Assembly (NCBI RefSeq): GCF_000011465.1
Contig: NC_005072.1
Span: forward strand, 570,001 to 602,000
Length of the DNA stretch: 32,000 bases
Direction of reading: 5' to 3'
From: Prochlorococcus marinus subsp. pastoris str. CCMP1986
Lineage (GTDB): Bacteria; Cyanobacteriota; Cyanobacteriia; PCC-6307; Cyanobiaceae
Below the pieces are notes generated by a model that was given only the letters and a program-made list of their open reading frames with translations, searched no databases and was not told where the DNA came from. The first letter of the stretch is position 1. Every line of letters starts with the position of its first letter. The position numbers and the translations under genes were made by a program. Of this stretch, positions 22,537-30,255 are shown piece after piece.

Positions 22537-23349
22537 TTGGAACTACCAAACAAAAAAAAGATAAATCAATTGGATTTTCTTAATAATGAAATTAAAAATA
22601 ATGATAATGAGAAACCCAATTTTTTAAATAAATCAATCTCAAGCTCCAAAAATAATAATAAAAATCAATCAATAGAAAATATTTTAATTCTTGATACTGA
22701 GACGACTGGCTTAGATGAAAATAAAGATGAAATTATTGAGGTAGGTTGCATTTTATTTAATGTAAATACTAAATCTGTTCTCTCGCAGGTTTCGTTCTTA
22801 TTCCCAGTAAGTTCAAATGAAGCTGAACACGTTAATGGGATTTCTGCAGAAGTTACTAATATTAAACAACCTTGGGAGGACGGCTTAAATTTCTTTTTAA
22901 AACTTGTGGATTGTTCAGATTTAATAGTTGCTCATAATGTTGAATTTGATAAAAAATGGTTTGGAAAGGGCAGATTGCCCAAGCTCGAAAAAAAATGGAT
23001 TTGTAGTTTAGAGGATATTAATTGGTCATTTCAAAAAAACTTAAAAAATAGACCATCAGTTACTGATCTTGCACTTTCTTTTTCAATACCAGTTTGGAGC
23101 TTACATCGGGCCTTATCAGATTGCTTTTATATTTCGGAGGTTTTCAAAAAATGTGAGAATTTAGAAGAACTTCTTTGTAAAGCGACTGAGCCAAGATTTT
23201 TATATAAAGCATTAGTGAGTTATGAAGAGAGATCATTAGCAAAGAAGGCAGGATTCCTCTGGAATAATCCTAAGCAAGGTGCTTGGGCTAAAAAATTAAC
23301 AGTCGAAGAAGCAAATAGTCTTGATTTTAAAGTGCAAATATTGGATTAA
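22537..23349 (+). CDS. DnaQ/DEDDh-type 3'-5' exonuclease domain protein with low-complexity N-terminus and a DUF5710-like C-terminal module
   Basis: ExoI ILDTETTGL, ExoII VAHNVEFD and ExoIII HRALSDC. There is no in-frame ATG before the domain, so the start is TTG 22537 at the earliest. Confidence 0.75.
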   Translation: MELPNKKKINQLDFLNNEIKNNDNEKPNFLNKSISSSKNNNKNQSIENILILDTETTGLDENKDEIIEVGCILFNVNTKSVLSQVSFLFPVSSNEAEHVNGISAEVTNIKQPWEDGLNFFLKLVDCSDLIVAHNVEFDKKWFGKGRLPKLEKKWICSLEDINWSFQKNLKNRPSVTDLALSFSIPVWSLHRALSDCFYISEVFKKCENLEELLCKATEPRFLYKALVSYEERSLAKKAGFLWNNPKQGAWAKKLTVEEANSLDFKVQILD

Positions 23350-23378
23350 TATTTCAGCTCTTTAAAATTGAAAAACCT

Positions 23379-23792
23379 TTAGTGCATTTTACAGGGCATC
23401 CATTTTTTACCCATTTTATGCGCACCTATACATCCATATTCTGATGAAGCTTTTTCGGCATCCTCTTTTGTTTTAAAAAGGCCTGCATCATTAATATTTG
23501 AAGTCTTCTTTGAAGGAATGTGATGCTCATGGCCATGTGATTTAGGAGAATATTCCCATAATCCCATAGTTGTTATTCCAGCAGAAATTATTCCCATGCC
23601 AACTACGGATAAATTTACTATTCCCATAGCAACAGCACCAAAAGAAAAAACACCCATTGGGACTACCCCAATACTAATAACGCCCATTGGGACAATTCCA
23701 ATAGAAACGATACCTAAGGGAGCAATGCCGAAGGCAAATTTTTTTGGTTTTGTTCCACAATGCTGACTCTCTTTATTAGTTGTTATTCCCAA
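23379..23792 (-). CDS. Hypothetical membrane protein with Gly-every-5th-residue repeat, HGHEHH patch and DUF3721-like Cys/His C-terminal domain
   Basis: 137-aa ORF with a TTG start. Residues 22-77 have Gly (once Ser) at every fifth position. The C-terminal YGCIGAHKMGKKWMPC resembles the GAH...WMPC motif of DUF3721 as I recall it. Confidence 0.6.
   Translation of the reverse strand: MGITTNKESQHCGTKPKKFAFGIAPLGIVSIGIVPMGVISIGVVPMGVFSFGAVAMGIVNLSVVGMGIISAGITTMGLWEYSPKSHGHEHHIPSKKTSNINDAGLFKTKEDAEKASSEYGCIGAHKMGKKWMPCKMH
23559..23738 (-). repeat. In-frame 30-nt (10-codon) periodic repeat inside the 137-aa ORF
   Basis: Plus-strand CCCAT (minus-strand ATGGG, Met-Gly) recurs at 23563, 23593, 23623, 23653 and 23683, exactly 30 nt apart. 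CCCATTGGGA occurs at 23653 and 23683, and ATTCCCAT at 23590 and 23620. Confidence 0.8.
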
Positions 23793-23890
23793 TATTTTGT
23801 ATGAATGTTAGATTAAATTATGACATAAAGAAATTCAGCAAAATTTAATTTCTATTTAAATTAAAAAATTTTGAATTATTATTTAGAACT

Positions 23891-25180
23891 TTGAATAACT
23901 TTAAAAATCTTAGAGGAACAGTAGATCTTTTACCTGATCAATTAATAAAGTGGCAAAATGTCGAGAAAATAATAATACAACAACTTTTTAGGTCTTCTGT
24001 AAAGGAAATTAGGACTCCAATACTAGAAATGACTGAATTATTTATGCGTGGTATTGGTGAAGGAACCGATGTTGTTAGCAAAGAGATGTATACATTTTTA
24101 GATAGAGGTGAAAGGTCCTGTACATTAAGACCAGAGGGTACTGCTTCAGTCGCAAGAGCATTAATACAACATGGAATATCAACTAGACCTTCTCAGAAAC
24201 TTTGGTACATGGGACCAATGTTTAGATATGAGAGACCTCAAGCAGGGAGGCAAAGACAATTTCATCAGTTAGGAGTTGAATTTATCGGTTATGAATCTGT
24301 AAATAGTGATATTGAAATTATTACTTTGGCTTGGGATATTTTGCAGAAATTAGGAATTAAAGAACTTAATCTTGAAATTAATACCTTAGGGGATCATATT
24401 GATAGGTCAAATTTTCAAAAGGCATTTTTAAAATGGTTAGAGGTTAATAAAAACTCTTTAGATTTAGATTCTCAAAGGAGAATAGATAAGAATCCTTTGA
24501 GAATTTTAGATACTAAGAATGTTCAAACAAAACAAATTCTTAAAGGTGCTCCCAGATTATTTGACTTTTTGTCTGAAAAAAGTCTCGAGAGATATTTAAT
24601 TATTAAAGAAAAATTAAAGCTTCTTAAAATACCGTTTATCGAAAATTTCAATTTAGTAAGAGGTTTAGACTATTACACACATACTGCATTTGAAATTACC
24701 ACCGGAACATTAGGTTCACAAGCTACAGTATGCGGAGGAGGAAGATATGATAGTTTGATTAGTCAAATGGGCGGGGCAGAAACTCCAGCAATTGGATTTG
24801 CAATTGGATTAGAAAGACTAATAATATTATGTGGTAGCGAGCTTGAAGAAACTAGAGAAACAGATATTTATATTGTGAATAAAGGTATTCATGCTGAAAT
24901 ATTGGCAATGGAATTATCCAGAAAGCTAAGAAATTATGATTTAGTAGTCGAATTAGATCTTAGTGGAGCATCATTTTCAAAGCAATTTAAAAAAGCTAAT
25001 AAATTAAAATCAAAAAGTATTATTGTAATTGGAGATGATGAAGCAGTAAAAAATGAATTTGTTATTAGGCTTTTTAATAATGATAATTCAGTAAATAAAG
25101 AAGAAACTATATCAATTGAAGATAATATGAAATTAGAGAAGTGGATAAAAAGTAATTTAATTTTAGATAAAAACCTTTAG
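23891..25180 (+). CDS. hisS: Histidine--tRNA ligase
   Basis: LRGTVDLLP, class II motifs KEMYTF, LRPEGTA, FRYERPQAGRQRQFHQ and GGGRYD. A TTG start is needed to include the conserved N-terminus. Confidence 0.92.
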   Translation: MNNFKNLRGTVDLLPDQLIKWQNVEKIIIQQLFRSSVKEIRTPILEMTELFMRGIGEGTDVVSKEMYTFLDRGERSCTLRPEGTASVARALIQHGISTRPSQKLWYMGPMFRYERPQAGRQRQFHQLGVEFIGYESVNSDIEIITLAWDILQKLGIKELNLEINTLGDHIDRSNFQKAFLKWLEVNKNSLDLDSQRRIDKNPLRILDTKNVQTKQILKGAPRLFDFLSEKSLERYLIIKEKLKLLKIPFIENFNLVRGLDYYTHTAFEITTGTLGSQATVCGGGRYDSLISQMGGAETPAIGFAIGLERLIILCGSELEETRETDIYIVNKGIHAEILAMELSRKLRNYDLVVELDLSGASFSKQFKKANKLKSKSIIVIGDDEAVKNEFVIRLFNNDNSVNKEETISIEDNMKLEKWIKSNLILDKNL

Positions 25181-25184
25181 AGTA

Positions 25185-25439
25185 ATGAAAATCATTTTAT
25201 TAGTCTTTTTTTTTATTATGTTCTCATTTATATTTTTGAAATTTTATAAATATAAAAAAGCTTTTAAAAAAGATAAAAGTATTAAATTTAATAAAAGTAA
25301 TCTGTACAACTGGATGAATTTGACAAAAAAAGAAAGATTTGATTTATCAAAAAAAGAATCTAATTCATACTTAAAAAAAAGGAAAACTTTATTAGAAGAA
25401 ATTAGAAAAGAATATAAAATTATTTCTAAAAATGATTAA
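25185..25439 (+). CDS. Small hypothetical protein: one N-terminal TM helix plus a Lys-rich tail
   Basis: 84-aa ORF starting 4 nt after the hisS stop. MKIILLVFFFIMFSFIFLKFY is followed by a highly basic tail. I recognise no homology. Confidence 0.4.
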   Translation: MKIILLVFFFIMFSFIFLKFYKYKKAFKKDKSIKFNKSNLYNWMNLTKKERFDLSKKESNSYLKKRKTLLEEIRKEYKIISKND

Positions 25440-25465
25440 AAAAAGTTTATAAGTTTTTAATATTC

Positions 25466-25768
25466 GTGGAAATTTACTGGACTTCTAATAAAGCTATTAA
25501 TGGATTAAGACATTTTGTTTTAGTAAATAAAATTAATGAGCAAAATCAAATTAATTTTTTGATGGTTTCTGTTGTTGATGTAGAAATAAGTTTAAAAATC
25601 TCAAATGAGGAATTGTTAAATAGTGGGAATTGGAGTGAAGGATGGTTAAATCTTCCTAAAAGTAAAGCGATTACTAAAGATTATTCAGATTACAAATTAA
25701 GTAATAATTCAAAAGAAGACATTGAAAAAATCTTTGTTAAAAATGATTCTTTATTCGATATAACTTAA
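25466..25768 (+). CDS. Small hypothetical protein
   Basis: 100-aa ORF with a GTG start (in-frame ATG at residue 32). Composition is less biased than the flanking spacer. No recognisable motif. Confidence 0.4.
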   Translation: MEIYWTSNKAINGLRHFVLVNKINEQNQINFLMVSVVDVEISLKISNEELLNSGNWSEGWLNLPKSKAITKDYSDYKLSNNSKEDIEKIFVKNDSLFDIT

Positions 25769-25903
25769 TTTGAGATAAAAAATAAAGTCAAAAATATCCA
25801 TAAAAACTGTATTCTTAACAATCAAATAATTATTTTAAACTTTTCTCCCCTTTCAAAGTAATAAAATAAACGTTATCAAGGATTAATAATATTTAATAAG
25901 TCA

Positions 25904-26140
25904 ATGTTAGAAAATATATGGCACCCATCTTATTCTGCTGCTGAGTATTTAGGCATAACTGAAATTAAACTTTCCCATCTAAGGGAGAATGGCTATTTTA
26001 AACCTGGAATACATTGGAAAAGCTCTCCTCTTGGACAAAAAAAACCCTGGAATCCAGAGGTTCTTTACAATTCAATATTATGTAGAAAAATAATGGATGA
26101 ATTTTATTCTGAAGAAAAAAATGACCAATATGCAGCTTAA
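25904..26140 (+). CDS. Small hypothetical protein with possible excisionase/MerR-like helix-turn-helix
   Basis: 78 aa. YSAAEYLGITEIKLSHLRENGYFKPGIHW resembles the HTH_17-type pattern (xxAAxxLGISxxTLxxxxxxGxxP). Composition is Trp/His/Pro-rich and non-random. Confidence 0.5.
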   Translation: MLENIWHPSYSAAEYLGITEIKLSHLRENGYFKPGIHWKSSPLGQKKPWNPEVLYNSILCRKIMDEFYSEEKNDQYAA

Positions 26141-26194
26141 TTTTTTAATCATTTAAAACCTGTTAAGAATTAAAAATTAATTCTAAGTAAGCCA

Positions 26195-26371
26195 TTATTT
26201 TACTAAATTTTCATCCTCACAATCAATTAAAGTGCTTTGAAGTATTGGATATAGGTTGAGCATATTTATATATTGATCTGATTTGCGATAAGACTTGGCA
26301 GCTTTTTTGTAATGCCCTTGTGATTTCATTTCTAGTGAAATTTTTCTAGATGTTCTTTGGGAAGTTGTCAT
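26195..26371 (-). CDS. Possible small basic protein (58 aa), absent from the supplied ORF track
   Basis: My own translation of the minus strand gives MTTSQRTSRKISLEMKSQGHYKKAAKSYRKSDQYINMLNLYPILQSTLIDCEDENLVK, then TAA. It has an ATG start and converges on the 78-aa ORF. No homology recognised. Confidence 0.3.
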   Translation of the reverse strand: MTTSQRTSRKISLEMKSQGHYKKAAKSYRKSDQYINMLNLYPILQSTLIDCEDENLVK

Positions 26372-26600
26372 AAGTATCGTTACCTTATCCCTTTTTTAGT
26401 AATTGTTAGATCATGGGTCAATAATGTATTTGTTTTTATTACACAAAAAATTGCTTATGTCAGCAAAAAAAGATTTATAAAAATTTGAATTTCTTTGAAA
26501 ATGCAATAAAAACTTGGCTTAATTAATTAATTTTTCGATTAAAACTATGTTCTTTGCGCATGAAAATCCTAATTAAATTTAGCTTCCCTGTAAGTCCCTA

Positions 26601-26634
26601 GAATTAATAACCTTTACAATTTTGTTATTAATTC
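26601..26634. repeat. Perfect 11-bp inverted repeat GAATTAATAAC-N12-GTTATTAATTC upstream of pcb (candidate operator or 5' leader hairpin)
   Basis: Read directly from the sequence: 26601-26611 is the reverse complement of 26624-26634. It lies 57-90 nt upstream of the pcb ATG. Confidence 0.35.
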
Positions 26635-26690
26635 ATCCGTTTGATGAAATATAAAGTATTCTCAAAACGTTTAAGCTAATCAATTCCTAA

Positions 26691-27749
26691 ATGCAAACCT
26701 ATGGTAATCCAGACACCACCTATGGATGGTGGGCTGGTAATTCAGGTGTAGCTAATCGCTCAGGAAAATTTATCGCTGCTCATGTCGCTCATGCAGGGTT
26801 AATTGTTTTTTGGGCCGGTGCTTTCACTCTTTTCGAACTATCAAGATTTGACCCCAGTGTCCCAATGGGTCAACAACCTCTTATTGCACTTCCTCACTTG
26901 GCTACCCTTGGAATAGGGTTTGATGCTGATGGAGTTCTAATGGGAGATACCAAACCTGTACTAGCTATAGCTATTGTTCACTTGGTTTCCTCTATGGTAC
27001 TTGCAGCTGGTGGATTACTTCACTCGCTACTTCTTCCAGGAAATCTTGAAGAATCAGAAGTCGCAAAGGCAAGGAAATTCAATATTGAATGGGATAATCC
27101 AGATAAATTAACTTTCATTCTTGGACATCATTTAATTATTCTTGGATTCGCTGTAATTCTTCTTGTTGAATGGGCAAGAGTTCATGGAGTCTACGATCCA
27201 GCTATTGGTGCCGTGAGACAAGTTGAGTATGATCTAAACCTTGCTGAGATTTGGAATCATCAAACAGATTTTCTACTAATAGATGATTTAGAGGATGTTA
27301 TGGGAGGTCATGCTTTCCTTGCATTTGTCTTGATTACAGGTGGTGCTTGGCACATTGCTACAAAGCAAGTTGGTGAATATACCAAATTTAAAGGTAAAGG
27401 TCTTCTATCTGCAGAAGCAGTTCTTTCATGGTCTTTAGCAGGTATTGGTTGGATGGCAATTATTGCTGCCTTCTGGAGCGCATCAAATACAACAGTTTAT
27501 CCTGTTGAGTTTTTTGGTGAACCACTTGAATTGAAATTTAGTATTTCTCCATATTGGATTGATACTGTTGACCTTCCTGATGGTGTTTATACATCAAGGG
27601 CATGGTTAGCAAATGTACATTACTACTTTGGTTTCTTCTTTATTCAAGGTCATCTATGGCACGCACTAAGAGCCTTAGGATTTGACTTTAAGAGAGTTAC
27701 AAATGCTATCAGTAATATTGATAGTGCTACGGTTACTCTTAAAGATTAA
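26691..27749 (+). CDS. pcbA: Divinyl-chlorophyll a/b light-harvesting protein Pcb (CP43/IsiA family)
   Basis: 352 aa. [50 protein letters not shown], six-TM CP43-like architecture without the large CP43 lumenal loop, and C-terminal [13 protein letters not shown]. Confidence 0.93.
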   Translation: MQTYGNPDTTYGWWAGNSGVANRSGKFIAAHVAHAGLIVFWAGAFTLFELSRFDPSVPMGQQPLIALPHLATLGIGFDADGVLMGDTKPVLAIAIVHLVSSMVLAAGGLLHSLLLPGNLEESEVAKARKFNIEWDNPDKLTFILGHHLIILGFAVILLVEWARVHGVYDPAIGAVRQVEYDLNLAEIWNHQTDFLLIDDLEDVMGGHAFLAFVLITGGAWHIATKQVGEYTKFKGKGLLSAEAVLSWSLAGIGWMAIIAAFWSASNTTVYPVEFFGEPLELKFSISPYWIDTVDLPDGVYTSRAWLANVHYYFGFFFIQGHLWHALRALGFDFKRVTNAISNIDSATVTLKD

Positions 27750-27771
27750 ATTTTAGTCACTAATAAATATT

Positions 27772-27801
27772 AAAAGGCCTCAATTAATGAGGCCTTTTTT
27801 A
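27772..27801 (+). terminator. Rho-independent terminator downstream of pcb
   Basis: Stem AGGCCTCA (27775-27782), 5-nt loop ATTAA, stem TGAGGCCT (27788-27795), then a T tract. A-rich sequence precedes it, so it could act in both directions. Confidence 0.8.
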
Positions 27802-27855
27802 TTTGATAAATTTTATCTATTAAATTAGATTTAAAAAGTATTAAGTTTAAAATAG

Positions 27856-29229
27856 TTGAATATTTCTCTCCTACAAAATCAAAATATTTTTTCAAATTCC
27901 ATTTCAATAAGTTTAATAGGATTTTTTGTAATCGGTTTTTTCTTGATTTTTGGAAGGAAATTTAAATTTGCTGTTCAATTAGAAAGATTTGGATTACCCA
28001 TAGCTGTTATTTCTGGAATTGTAGGAATATCGATAGGTCCCTATGGATTAATTAATATTTTATCTAAGGAGACTACAAATGTTTGGAGTAATTTTCCTAC
28101 TCCTCTATTATCTCTAGTGTTTGCGACATTAATGATGGGAAGGCCAATCCCAAATATTAATGGTTTAATTAGACCCATTGTCAATCAGTTTTTGTTGGCT
28201 CTCTCATTGGGCTTTGGTCAATTTCTTGTAGGAGGATTAGTAGTCAAATACTTATTGTCTCCTTCTATGGAAACAAATCCTTTAATGGGATGTTTAATAG
28301 AGGTTGGTTTTGAGGGAGGTCATGGTGCTGCAACTATTATTGGAGAAAGTTTTAACAAACTTGGATTCTCAGATGGCTTAGACTTAGGTCTTGCCATGGC
28401 TACAATGGGACTTTTATCCTCTTCCTTATTGGGTAGTTTTTTTATTTTTGTAGGAAGAACTTTAGGAATTTCAGATACAGAGCAGATCGTTGATAAAACG
28501 GATAATGAAAATCCAAATCTGAAAATAGGCATTTTTTCAGATTTGAGAATTTTATTAATAAATCTTGGCTTTGTTGGGTTGGCAATTTCTTTTGGAGTCT
28601 CGATACTTAAGCTTTTAAGGTATATTTCAAACTACTTTGGTGAATTCTCAAAAGAAGTAATCCTATCTCTTCCTGTATTCCCACTTATTCTTATAGGATC
28701 ACTTTTGATTCGATATATCTTAGAAAAAACCAATAATACAGAATTTGTATCTAATCTTCTTCAAAGAGAAATTGGCATCTTGTCCACAGATTTATTAATT
28801 TTTACAGCAATGGCAAGTTTAGATATTGCTACTGTTCTTGATAATTGGAGATTGATTTTGGTACTTACTATTTTTGGTTTGATTTGGAATTTAATTTGTA
28901 TTGCTTATTTCGCATACTTTGTATTTGAAAAACATTGGTTTGAGAGAAGTTTAATAGAATTTGGAAATTCAACTGGAGTAGTTGCATCTGGACTACTTCT
29001 TTTAAGACTCGCTGATCCAAAAAATATTTCTAAAACACTTCCGATTTTTACATCAAAGCAACTTTTTGCTCAGTTAATCTTATCAGGAGGATTTTTTACA
29101 GTATTAGCTCCATTATTGATCTCAAAAATAGGATTAGATTTTTGGACAGAGATTTGTGCATCAATAACTCTTTTTACTATTTTGGTTGCATTCTTTTTTA
29201 ACAAAAGGTTTTCTACAAGTTATCAATAA
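27856..29229 (+). CDS. Sodium:solute symporter, GltS (glutamate:Na+, ESS family)-like
   Basis: 457-aa polytopic membrane protein. EVGFEGGHGAA and FGNSTGVVASGLLLLR resemble conserved GltS segments. TTG start; the next in-frame Met is far downstream. Confidence 0.6.
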   Translation: MNISLLQNQNIFSNSISISLIGFFVIGFFLIFGRKFKFAVQLERFGLPIAVISGIVGISIGPYGLINILSKETTNVWSNFPTPLLSLVFATLMMGRPIPNINGLIRPIVNQFLLALSLGFGQFLVGGLVVKYLLSPSMETNPLMGCLIEVGFEGGHGAATIIGESFNKLGFSDGLDLGLAMATMGLLSSSLLGSFFIFVGRTLGISDTEQIVDKTDNENPNLKIGIFSDLRILLINLGFVGLAISFGVSILKLLRYISNYFGEFSKEVILSLPVFPLILIGSLLIRYILEKTNNTEFVSNLLQREIGILSTDLLIFTAMASLDIATVLDNWRLILVLTIFGLIWNLICIAYFAYFVFEKHWFERSLIEFGNSTGVVASGLLLLRLADPKNISKTLPIFTSKQLFAQLILSGGFFTVLAPLLISKIGLDFWTEICASITLFTILVAFFFNKRFSTSYQ

Positions 29230-29267
29230 TAAATTAGGTTAGTATAAAAATATATTTTTCTTGATTT

Positions 29268-29525
29268 ATGTCCTACACACCATATGATATTCCTCCTCAA
29301 GAAAGTAAAGAAAAATGGTTTAGGAGTCACTTGCTTGGAAGAGAAGTTGAACTAGGTGAATTATATAGTCTTGGATTTAACGAACTGGATTTGATTATGG
29401 CTGAAACTGCAGAAATTAGAAGTGATATTGAATTTAAAGAAAAAAATATTGGAAAATTTAGAACAGCAGGATATTTTTTAGAATTAGCCAGAATTATTGA
29501 AAAAAGAAAATTACTTGAAAGCTAA
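29268..29525 (+). CDS. Small conserved-looking hypothetical protein
   Basis: 85-aa ORF with an ATG start and balanced composition. I recognise no motif. Confidence 0.45.
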   Translation: MSYTPYDIPPQESKEKWFRSHLLGREVELGELYSLGFNELDLIMAETAEIRSDIEFKEKNIGKFRTAGYFLELARIIEKRKLLES

Positions 29526-30181
29526 TTAAAATCGAAATATTCTTTGTTTTTAGATGGTTTCCATGGATCAAATTTATGCATTAATTTTTTAAATTGTTGA
29601 TGTTTTTCGAAATATCCTAACCAATTTTTTATAGGATCATCAAAATAATTTGTTTTTTTTTGGCTTTCGCAAGCAATTTTAAATTGCCTTACAAATGGCC
29701 AAATACACCAATCTGCAATCGAAGGTTTATCTCCAATTATCCATCTATTGTTTGTAAGGATTTTATTCCATTTTTTTATGAATTTAGTAGCTTCTAAATA
29801 ATGGTAATCTTCTTCGCTAGCATTAAATCTTGCGGAATATTTAAAACGATCTAAATGATATTTAAAACTATGATCATTTTCAGAAATAATTTCTAAAATT
29901 TCTTTTTCTTTATTTTTGGGATTATAAAATTTCTTTATATTCTCCTTTTCTGACTCTGAAAGTGCCCATATTATGATGTCTAAGCTTTCCTCTATGACTT
30001 CATTATTTTTTTTTAATAAAATTGGAACAGTTTTTGTCCTTGATTTATTCATGAATTCGATGGGCTTATTTTTTAAATCAACTTCTCTTATTTCTACTTT
30101 GATTTCGCAAATTAATAATGCCCATCTAACTCGAATTGCATATGGACATCTACGAAATGAATATAAAATATCTGTTGTCAT
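29522..30181 (-). CDS. Glutathione S-transferase family protein (thioredoxin-like N-domain)
   Basis: LYSFRRCPYAIRVRWAL..., TVPILL and ESLDII match GST N-terminal domain features. The C-terminal half is helical and Trp-rich. Confidence 0.7.
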   Translation of the reverse strand: MTTDILYSFRRCPYAIRVRWALLICEIKVEIREVDLKNKPIEFMNKSRTKTVPILLKKNNEVIEESLDIIIWALSESEKENIKKFYNPKNKEKEILEIISENDHSFKYHLDRFKYSARFNASEEDYHYLEATKFIKKWNKILTNNRWIIGDKPSIADWCIWPFVRQFKIACESQKKTNYFDDPIKNWLGYFEKHQQFKKLMHKFDPWKPSKNKEYFDFN

Positions 30182-30255
30182 TTTGTAAAAAAATAAAAAT
30201 TTTTTGATTCTTTTAGTATTATCTACATAGGAATAATCTTAACTTTACATCGAAA

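Noticed and set aside
22503-22583. A 26-codon ATG-initiated ORF (MRQNTIDAFLIIGTTKQKKDKSIGFS) overlapping the 5' end of the DnaQ-like gene.
   Set aside because: It is too short, has no recognisable features, and such ORFs are expected by chance in AT-rich spacer. I mention it only because it complicates start assignment.
26166-26184. Hairpin AGAATTAA-AAA-TTAATTCT between the convergent 78-aa and 58-aa ORFs, considered as a possible bidirectional terminator.
   Set aside because: The stem is only 8 bp with a single G:C pair, and there is no convincing T tract. It cannot be told apart from chance palindromes at this base composition.
26426-26442. An NtcA-like GTA...TAC element upstream of pcb.
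   Set aside because: The spacing is 11 nt rather than the required N8, and no properly placed -10 element follows.
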